NCBI GenBank assembly: GCA_902596065.1
Contig: CACJSL010000001.1
Coordinates: 48,782 to 112,781, forward strand
Origin: an uncultured Alphaproteobacteria bacterium
GTDB lineage: Bacteria > Pseudomonadota > Alphaproteobacteria > HIMB59 > GCA-002718135
DNA length: 64,000 nucleotides
Direction: 5' to 3'
Part shown: positions 49,242 to 56,819 of the stretch, in pieces
How positions within the stretch are numbered: position 1 is the first letter of the stretch
Layout of the letters: the number at the start of each line of letters is the position of its first letter
Notes under the pieces: generated by a model
The model's input: the letters and a program-made list of their open reading frames with translations, nothing else
Told to the model about the DNA's origin: nothing
Databases searched by the model: none
Program-made: the position numbers and the translations under genes

Positions 49242-50354
49242 ATGTGGAATTATTATAATCCTGTTGATGTTGTTTTTGGTGAAAATAAATTTTCAGAGAT
49301 ACACAAAATATTAGAAAATAAAAAATACGTCGTTGTTACCCATCCTGAAGAAATTTTTAAAAAATATACTGATCAATTAAATACATCATCTAATCCTCCC
49401 CTTATGGTTATGACAGAAGTACAACCTAATCCAGATTATTTAGATATTCTTACTCTATTAAAAAATTTTGCTTCTATAGCAAAAGAAGTTGATCATGTAG
49501 TTGCTATAGGAGGTGGATCTGTTACCGATACAGCAAAAGCTTTAGCAGCATTTAAAGGCAATGAAAATCTTTTAACAGATTTTGTTCGCAATAAAAAAAC
49601 TCCTTATGTGGATGACCCTATAAGTATTATTGCTGTGCCTACAACTTCTGGAACATCAAGTGAATTAACTTGTTGGGCTACGATTTGGGATAAAGAAAAA
49701 AATGGAAAGCTATCTTTAGCACACAAGAGCCTTTATCCTTTAAAGGCAATTATAGATCCAGTTATCATGTTAGATAAACCCAAAGGATTAACAATTTCAA
49801 CAGGTCTTGATGCCCTTTCTCATTCAATGGAAAGTATTTGGAATATTAATGCAAACCCAGTTTCTGCTATGCATGGAATAGTGGGCTCTCAATTAATTAT
49901 TGAAAACCTTCCTTTATTAGCTAATGATTTAAAAAACATCACATTAAGAAGTAATGTTGCTCGCGCTTGCGTTCATGCGGGTTTAGCTTTTTCTAATACT
50001 AAGACAGCCATTGCACATAATATTTCTTATCCCATTACTCTTAATTATGGTATTCAACATGGAATTGCGTGTTCTTTTAGCTTGCCTATGATTTTAAGAA
50101 GTATGCTTGATATTAATGATGAAGCTGAAAATCGTTTAAAAATGATTTTTAATGATGATTTAATTAGTTCAGCAACAAAACTTGAATCAATTTTACGACA
50201 ATTAAATATTCCTCTTAATCTTAATGAATTAAAAATCAATAAAGACGAGTGGAATAAAATTGTTGGTGATGCATTTATGGGCGAAAGAGGTAAAAATTTT
50301 TTAGGTAATAAAAATGCTTTTGATAAAGCAGTTGATGAATCAAATTTTTTTTAA
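49242..50354 (+). CDS. Group III iron-containing alcohol dehydrogenase (phosphonoacetaldehyde reductase-like)
   Basis: GGGSVTDTAKA, DALSHSMES, AHNISYP motifs. ATG at 49242 lies 5 nt after the upstream stop; the track start at 49194 is TTG inside the upstream gene. Confidence 0.82.
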   Translation: MWNYYNPVDVVFGENKFSEIHKILENKKYVVVTHPEEIFKKYTDQLNTSSNPPLMVMTEVQPNPDYLDILTLLKNFASIAKEVDHVVAIGGGSVTDTAKALAAFKGNENLLTDFVRNKKTPYVDDPISIIAVPTTSGTSSELTCWATIWDKEKNGKLSLAHKSLYPLKAIIDPVIMLDKPKGLTISTGLDALSHSMESIWNINANPVSAMHGIVGSQLIIENLPLLANDLKNITLRSNVARACVHAGLAFSNTKTAIAHNISYPITLNYGIQHGIACSFSLPMILRSMLDINDEAENRLKMIFNDDLISSATKLESILRQLNIPLNLNELKINKDEWNKIVGDAFMGERGKNFLGNKNAFDKAVDESNFF

Positions 50355-50355
50355 A

Positions 50356-51168
50356 TTAAAATTTTTTAGTTGTCTCAAACCAATTGATATTATCTTTTAA
50401 AAAATCTTCAGTATGGACTACTAGTGAGTTTTTATTAATTAATATTACATTATAATTTGGATCAGTATTGGCCGTTCCCAATCTATAGTTTTTTGAAAAA
50501 TTGGGCACCAATGGAGACCAAGTACTTCTCGGCGCACTAAAAGGTATGTTTAAATAATTTCCTGATACTGTAATATGCTGATGACCAAAAAAAATATGTT
50601 GAATAATTTTTTTAAATTTAATTAATATATCTTTAAACTCATCTCCTTGTTGTAAACCAATATAATCACTAGTGGGCTCTCCTAGGGGTAAAGGATTATG
50701 ATGCATAAAAAGATAAACTTGTTTATTATTATCTGAAGCATTTTCTAGAGTATTTATAAGCCAACTTTGTCTGTTGTTGCAAAAATGCCCTTGATGGGTA
50801 TTTGATAAATTTGTATCTAAAAAAATAAAACGTTTATCTTCAATGTCTTCAAAGTATTGAATAAAACCATTTTCATCTAAAGGTATTTTTGTAAATATTT
50901 GTTTAAACTGTTCTCTATCATCATGATTGCCCATAAGCAATTTTGGAAACAAATGTTTTGGTATTTTGGAATTTAATAATATTTCATTTAATTTATTATA
51001 AGATTCACTATCCCCGTCATGCGTTAAATCTCCTGATATAACAAATAGCTTTGAGTCTAAATGATTGTTGCAAATATGTTGAAGTGCTAGTGAAAATCTC
51101 TCTTTAGCATCATGTTCAAAAAGTTTATCTGGAGAAATATGAGGATCTGATAAGTGGATTATTTTCAT
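50356..51168 (-). CDS. Class III metallophosphodiesterase (GpdQ/CpdA family)
   Basis: HLSDPH, SGDLTHDG, GNHDD, FMHHNPLPLG, FGHQH. These five metallophosphoesterase blocks are spaced as in GpdQ. Confidence 0.85.
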   Translation of the reverse strand: MKIIHLSDPHISPDKLFEHDAKERFSLALQHICNNHLDSKLFVISGDLTHDGDSESYNKLNEILLNSKIPKHLFPKLLMGNHDDREQFKQIFTKIPLDENGFIQYFEDIEDKRFIFLDTNLSNTHQGHFCNNRQSWLINTLENASDNNKQVYLFMHHNPLPLGEPTSDYIGLQQGDEFKDILIKFKKIIQHIFFGHQHITVSGNYLNIPFSAPRSTWSPLVPNFSKNYRLGTANTDPNYNVILINKNSLVVHTEDFLKDNINWFETTKKF

Positions 51169-51194
51169 ATTTAAAAAATATTTTAAATGAATAA

Positions 51195-51824
51195 TTAAAG
51201 TTTTGTTTTAAAAAAAAGATACTTATTAAATTCTTTTTTTAAATCGATGCTAACACGGGCATGTACTTTCCCTTGTTTGCCCATAAAAGAACTTTTCTTT
51301 TGAACAGGGAAAACACCCTCATGCCAAATATTGGGATGAATATATAAACCTTTTGATCCATCAAAATAAAATGCCTTAAAATCTTCTGCTTGAATATCAT
51401 CGCCAGGTAACGCAAGAGGTGAAATAAATGGACCTCTTTCAGAGGGAAAAAATAACTGCCCTCCATCTGGGTGGTAATTAACATGCCATATATAAATCTC
51501 TTCTGGCTCACTATATTCTGTATTGTTTTCAATATTTTCTGGAGGGGCAGAATAGCCTAAAATATATTTTCCATCTATTTCATACTCACTATTATGTTGC
51601 ACAGCATTATTTTGCCCATAAAGAGTTGAGCCTTCCCACCAAGTATCAAACGCACCTTTGGTATAGCCCGCTTCATTACCTGTTCCTTCATCAATTTCTC
51701 GCCAACCTTGTTTTGGCCAAGTTACAATTTCAACATCACTGTTTTCAAATGAGTCTATTAAATAACCATATCCTTTAAGAGTTTCATTTGTAGCTTTGAC
51801 TAAGGGGATTTCAATGGCCTGCAT
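51195..51824 (-). CDS. Ureidoglycolate lyase (AllA) family-like cupin, extended form
   Basis: N-terminal LKGYGYLID, central YHPDGGQLFFP and C-terminal GLYIHPNIWHEGVFP align with blocks I recall from AllA (FSAYGDVIE, RHPLGTQAFIP, VNYHRNVWHHPLF). Confidence 0.55.
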   Translation of the reverse strand: MQAIEIPLVKATNETLKGYGYLIDSFENSDVEIVTWPKQGWREIDEGTGNEAGYTKGAFDTWWEGSTLYGQNNAVQHNSEYEIDGKYILGYSAPPENIENNTEYSEPEEIYIWHVNYHPDGGQLFFPSERGPFISPLALPGDDIQAEDFKAFYFDGSKGLYIHPNIWHEGVFPVQKKSSFMGKQGKVHARVSIDLKKEFNKYLFFKTKL

Positions 51825-51835
51825 AAATATTACTT

Positions 51836-52936
51836 TTAATTAATTTTAATTTGTAATTCATTTACAACTTCTTTTATGGCCTTAATGGTATCATGCATAT
51901 CATTGTCATCTAAATTTCCAATACATCCAATACGAAAAGTATCAGCAACAGTAAGCTTGCCTGGATAAATCAAAAAATCTTTATTACTCAAAGCATCATA
52001 AAATTCTTCAAAATTAAAATTTGAATTTTGAGGCTGCATAAATGTTATAATTATTGGCGCTTGTAATTCATTTGACAGTAATTGTTTAAAACCTATTTCT
52101 TTCATACCATCACAAATTATTTTGCAATTATTTGAATACCTTTTATGCCTTCCTTCAACCCCCCCTTCTTTTGAATGTTCATTTATAGCTTGTTGAAAGG
52201 CAGCTAAAACATGTGTGGGAGGAGTAAAACGCCACTGTTTATTTTTTTCCATCGCCTGCCACTGGTCATATAGATCTAAACTTAAAGAATGTGCATTTCC
52301 TTTTGCTTTTTCGATAATATTATTTTTAACTAAAATAAAGCCTACTCCTGGAACTCCTTCTAAACATTTATTGGAAGAAGCAGCAACAGCATCAAATGCA
52401 ATTGTTTTACTACTAAGAGGAAGAGCGCCAAAAGCACTCATAGCATCAATAAATAATGATAAATTTTTTTTTGCTACTAAGTCAGATATTTTTTGAATAG
52501 GATTTAATATTCCTGAGGTTGTTTCGCAGTAAACAGCAAACACATGAGTTAAATCAGTATTTGAATCTATGATGTTTTCAATTTCATCTAAATCATGTTG
52601 TTCATGTTCCGCAACTTCATAAGCAATACATTCTCTACCAACATAGTCACACATTTTTTTCATACGGTGACCATATGCTCCATTAATTAATATTAATATT
52701 TTTGCATCTTTAGATGTGAGAGAGCCAACCATTGATTCTACTGCAAATGTTCCGCTACCTTGCATTGGAACACATTGGTAATTATTTTCACCATCAATAA
52801 GTTTTACAAGAGACTCACGAATAGAATGGTTCAGATCAATAAATTTTTGATCTCGCGAACCCCAATCATGAAGCATGGCTTCTTTGGTTGTCATGGAGGT
52901 AGTAAGTGGTCCAGGTGTAAGAAGTTTTTTATCCAT
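51836..52936 (-). CDS. phnW: 2-aminoethylphosphonate:pyruvate aminotransferase
   Basis: LLTPGPLTTS N-terminus, class V aminotransferase fold, PLP Lys in SSNKCLEGVPGVGF. Confidence 0.9.
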   Translation of the reverse strand: MDKKLLTPGPLTTSMTTKEAMLHDWGSRDQKFIDLNHSIRESLVKLIDGENNYQCVPMQGSGTFAVESMVGSLTSKDAKILILINGAYGHRMKKMCDYVGRECIAYEVAEHEQHDLDEIENIIDSNTDLTHVFAVYCETTSGILNPIQKISDLVAKKNLSLFIDAMSAFGALPLSSKTIAFDAVAASSNKCLEGVPGVGFILVKNNIIEKAKGNAHSLSLDLYDQWQAMEKNKQWRFTPPTHVLAAFQQAINEHSKEGGVEGRHKRYSNNCKIICDGMKEIGFKQLLSNELQAPIIITFMQPQNSNFNFEEFYDALSNKDFLIYPGKLTVADTFRIGCIGNLDDNDMHDTIKAIKEVVNELQIKIN

Positions 52937-53034
52937 ATTCTTAATTGAGTTAACTATTTAATTCTTAATTAGCTCACTAGCAATTAAATAAAAAATTGAT
53001 TTGCAATTTTTCTTGAAAGTTGTATTTTTTCTAA

Positions 53035-53607
53035 ATGGAAAATATTGTAGATCAACTTCTAAATCTTTTAGTTACAAAGGGGGGAGATATACAATATGGA
53101 AATGAAGATGTTACTCAATTAGAGCATGCCTTACAGTGCGCAGAATTAGCTGAACAACACAATTTACCAGGCCCAACAATAGCAGCTGCTTTATTACATG
53201 ATATTGGCCATCTTTTATATGAAGACAAGGATCCAATTCATGAAGGGAAAGATGGACGTCATGAAAACTTAGGAGCTGATTATTTATCGCAATACTTTGA
53301 TACTGATGTGACACAGCCTATTCGAGCTCATGTAGATTCCAAAAGATATTTAGCAACAGTTGAAGAAGGTTATTATGATCTTCTCTCAGAGGCCTCCAAA
53401 CTTTCACTCGCTGTTCAGGGCGGTCCATTTACCAAAGAGGAGGCAAAAAAATTTATAGATAAACCATTTATGAAGGAAGCTGTAGAAATGAGGCGTTTCG
53501 ATGATATGGCAAAAATTTTAAATAAAAAAACCCCTGATATAAATTATTTTAGACCATATGTAGAAAAAGCACAAAATTCATTTAATTTAAAAAACATTAA
53601 GAATTAA
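53035..53607 (+). CDS. phnZ: PhnZ-type HD-domain di-iron oxygenase (phosphonate-degradation-associated HD protein)
   Basis: LEHALQC, AALLHDIGH, RHENLGADYL, RAHVDSKRYL, RRFDDMAK give the H/HD/H/H/D ligand pattern of the PhnZ/MIOX-like family. Confidence 0.75.
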   Translation: MENIVDQLLNLLVTKGGDIQYGNEDVTQLEHALQCAELAEQHNLPGPTIAAALLHDIGHLLYEDKDPIHEGKDGRHENLGADYLSQYFDTDVTQPIRAHVDSKRYLATVEEGYYDLLSEASKLSLAVQGGPFTKEEAKKFIDKPFMKEAVEMRRFDDMAKILNKKTPDINYFRPYVEKAQNSFNLKNIKN

Positions 53608-54472
53608 ATATAAAATATACTCCAATAAAAAATATTACAGCTGATAAAATTCTTATAAATTTTATTTTTTCACCTAAAAATATAAAGCTGATTAATGAAG
53701 TCATAATGATACTAGACTCTCTTATAGAAGATACATAAGCAATTGGTTGATGATTCATGCTCCATACAATTATTCCGTAAGCAATAAATGACATAAAAGA
53801 TGCAACTGTGATTAATACCAGTTGTTTTGTTCTTATTTTAAATAGGTCATTTTTTTGTGTTAAATAAACATAACTAATAGTTATCCATCCACCTAAAAAG
53901 AAATTCCATACAATAAAAGTAAATTCATTTTTAGCACTTCTTACACCTGCACCATCAGAAAAAGTATATAAAGCTATAAGTATAGAAACAAATATAGAAA
54001 TAATTAATAATTTTAAATTTAATTTATTTTTATAATTTTCTTTGGCTAATAATAATAAGCCAAACACGACAATGCTTATACCAACGTAACCTTTAAAAGT
54101 TATATAATCGTTTAAAAATGTAACTGAGAAGATTGTAACGAAAACAGGAGCAAGTCCTCTAAATACAGGATAGGTTATTGTTATATCGCCACGATTATAA
54201 ATATTTCCTAGAATTAGAAAGTATGAACTATGAAGAAGCAGTGATAAAATCAAAAAAATCCATGTTATTCCTTCTGGCAGAGGAACAAAAAATAATACAG
54301 GAAAAAAAATTATGCTTTGAATTAACATTTGTAAAGCTATTGCAACTTGAGAATTGTTAATTGATTTAATAATAATATTCCAGCTTGCATGAAGAAATGC
54401 AGCAAAAAGTATTAGTAAAAATATTGAAATATTACTCATAGGCAAAAAAAATGGGGATGAAATCATCCCCAT
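53597..54472 (-). CDS. DMT superfamily (EamA) transporter, paralogue of 39963-40802
   Basis: 10-TM profile and shared sequence blocks with the other copy. The true start may be the internal MSNISIF. Confidence 0.78.
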   Translation of the reverse strand: MGMISSPFFLPMSNISIFLLILFAAFLHASWNIIIKSINNSQVAIALQMLIQSIIFFPVLFFVPLPEGITWIFLILSLLLHSSYFLILGNIYNRGDITITYPVFRGLAPVFVTIFSVTFLNDYITFKGYVGISIVVFGLLLLAKENYKNKLNLKLLIISIFVSILIALYTFSDGAGVRSAKNEFTFIVWNFFLGGWITISYVYLTQKNDLFKIRTKQLVLITVASFMSFIAYGIIVWSMNHQPIAYVSSIRESSIIMTSLISFIFLGEKIKFIRILSAVIFFIGVYFIFNS

Positions 54473-54493
54473 AATTTATAATAAATTTGTTAT

Positions 54494-55537
54494 TTAGTTT
54501 TTTGGCTCAGTTTTGCCATCATATCTTTTTTTCCATTCAGCAACTATACGATCTTTGTTTGCCGCTGCCCAAACAAAATCATTATCAATTAATTTTGCTT
54601 GCACTTCGTCATAAAAATCAGGAAGTTCTGGATCTTTAGTTACTTTAGAAGGATCAGCAATAATTGATTGTCTTTGCCCGAATAATTTCATTCCTTCTCC
54701 CAAAGTCCAATCCATTAATGTTTTTGCATCTTCAAGATTATCTGTTCCTTCCATTATAGCCACTACTTGCATTTCCCAACCAATTCCTTCTTCAGGAATA
54801 ATCATATCAATTGGAGCACCAGCTTTAATAACTTTAATTGCTCTACCAGGCCATGAGATACCAATTGCAAATTCACCAGCCCCTGCTTGCTTACAAGGTT
54901 TAGAACCAGAGTGAGTATACACACCTATATTTTCATGTAGTGCATCCATATACTCCCACGCTTTATCTTCACCCCATATTTGCATCCAACTAGATGCATC
55001 CAAGAAACCAGTTCCAGAGGAAGCTGGATTTGGCATAGAAATATGACCTTTATAAATTGGATCAGTTAACTCTGCCCAAGTTGTTGGTTTAGGTAAACCA
55101 AGTTTTTCTGCCTCAATGCGGTTCCAGCAAATACAACCTGCCCAGCCATAATTTCCAACCCAAGTTACAGGTGCAGATTTATCAACATATCGTTGATCAA
55201 TCGCATCCATACCTTTTGGAGTATATTCAACAAACATACCTTCTGCTTCCATATTTAAAGCAACAGTTGCAGCCATCTCAAATAAGAAATCAGCTTGTGG
55301 GTTATCTTTTTCTGCCATCATTTTTGCTGCCATTGTTCCAGTTGATTCACGAACAACGTTAACTTTTATATCGGGATGATCTTTTTGAAATTCATCCATG
55401 TAATATTTAAGATTATCTGCATCAGTACTAGAATATACTAAAAGCTCACCAGCATTAGCTAGATAGCTAAATGTAGATAAAGATATAAAAATTAAAACAG
55501 CACTTAGTGTGTTTAAAATTTTTTTTATTAAAAACAT
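54494..55537 (-). CDS. Putative 2-aminoethylphosphonate ABC transporter substrate-binding protein (PhnS2/AepX-like)
   Basis: Signal peptide, Fe3+/2-AEP-type SBP fold; divergent from the ATPase/permease genes. Confidence 0.78.
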   Translation of the reverse strand: MFLIKKILNTLSAVLIFISLSTFSYLANAGELLVYSSTDADNLKYYMDEFQKDHPDIKVNVVRESTGTMAAKMMAEKDNPQADFLFEMAATVALNMEAEGMFVEYTPKGMDAIDQRYVDKSAPVTWVGNYGWAGCICWNRIEAEKLGLPKPTTWAELTDPIYKGHISMPNPASSGTGFLDASSWMQIWGEDKAWEYMDALHENIGVYTHSGSKPCKQAGAGEFAIGISWPGRAIKVIKAGAPIDMIIPEEGIGWEMQVVAIMEGTDNLEDAKTLMDWTLGEGMKLFGQRQSIIADPSKVTKDPELPDFYDEVQAKLIDNDFVWAAANKDRIVAEWKKRYDGKTEPKN

Positions 55538-55736
55538 AAAATTACCTCCAAATTTAAATGTTATCTTTTATTTAAAAAATGTGATTAAATTTAAACATAT
55601 ATATGACCTATTTGTTAACAATTAATTACAAATTTTGATATTATTTTGAGTATAAGAAGATATAGTATTTTTCAATTTGGCCAAAAACTAATATATTTTA
55701 CTAATACATTTGATTAACTAAAATTTATAAAATTTT

Positions 55737-56816
55737 ATGACTGAACAAAAAAACAATACTTATCTTGCAGTTAATAATTTATCTAAATCTTTTGGTAATT
55801 TTGAAGCCATTAAAAATATAGGAATAGATATAAAAGAAGGTGAGTTTGTTTGTTTTCTTGGACCTTCTGGTTGCGGTAAAACAACTTTACTGCGATGTAT
55901 AGCAGGATTGGAAACACAAACTTCTGGATCTGTTATTCAAAAAGATATTGATATTTCACATGAACCTCCATCCAATAGAGATTTTGGAATTGTCTTTCAG
56001 TCTTATGCATTATTTCCAAACCTTTCTGTTTTTTCTAACATTTCATATGGATTAATAAATAATAAATGGAAAAAAGATGACATCAAAAAAAGAGTAGATG
56101 AATTGCTTGATCTGGTTAATCTTACAGAGCATGCATCAAAGTATCCAAGTCAATTATCTGGTGGGGAACAACAACGAGTAGCTTTAGCTAGAGCTCTTGC
56201 TACATCACCTGGATTATTATTGCTTGATGAGCCTCTTTCCGCACTAGATGCAAAAGTAAGAGTTTTTCTAAGAAAACAAATAAGAGATTTGCAAAGAAAA
56301 CTTGGAGTAACTACTATTATGGTTACTCATGACCAAGAGGAAGCCCAAACAATGGCGGATAGAATATTTGTTATGAATGAGGGTGAAATTATTCAGTCTG
56401 GAACACCTAGTGAAATTTATACAAAAGCTAATTCACCTTTTATTGCTTCTTTTATTGGAAGTATGAATTTTATACCTGCAACAATTGATAGTTCTAAAAA
56501 AGTGAAGTGTAACAATATTGAAATAAATTGTGATACAAGCTCTTTTACAGAAAATGATTCTGTGCAATTAGCTGTAAGACCTGAAGAAATTTATTTTAAA
56601 CAAGAAAACCAAGATGATAATGTTATATCTGCTACAATAAAAGAAATAGAATTTTTGGGTTCTTTTCAACGAGTCTATTTTGAAGCAAAGAGTTTTAGTA
56701 ATGAGTTGATCATAGTAGATGTCCCAAGTGCAAACGCTAGAAAAATTAAATTAATTATTGACGAAGAAATAAATTTGTATTTTTCCAAACAAGATGCACG
56801 AATTTATTCAACTTAA
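55737..56816 (+). CDS. Putative 2-aminoethylphosphonate ABC transporter ATP-binding protein
   Basis: GPSGCGKTT, LSGGEQQRVALARA, LLLDEP, TOBE-like C-terminus. Confidence 0.85.
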   Translation: MTEQKNNTYLAVNNLSKSFGNFEAIKNIGIDIKEGEFVCFLGPSGCGKTTLLRCIAGLETQTSGSVIQKDIDISHEPPSNRDFGIVFQSYALFPNLSVFSNISYGLINNKWKKDDIKKRVDELLDLVNLTEHASKYPSQLSGGEQQRVALARALATSPGLLLLDEPLSALDAKVRVFLRKQIRDLQRKLGVTTIMVTHDQEEAQTMADRIFVMNEGEIIQSGTPSEIYTKANSPFIASFIGSMNFIPATIDSSKKVKCNNIEINCDTSSFTENDSVQLAVRPEEIYFKQENQDDNVISATIKEIEFLGSFQRVYFEAKSFSNELIIVDVPSANARKIKLIIDEEINLYFSKQDARIYST

Positions 56817-56819
56817 ATT

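Noticed and set aside
53001-53034. CTTGAAA upstream of phnZ, as a second possible sigma-32 promoter
   Set aside because: No CCCCAT-like -10 element follows at the right spacing. It is more simply read as part of an ordinary AT-rich sigma-70 promoter (TTGCAA ... TATTTT).
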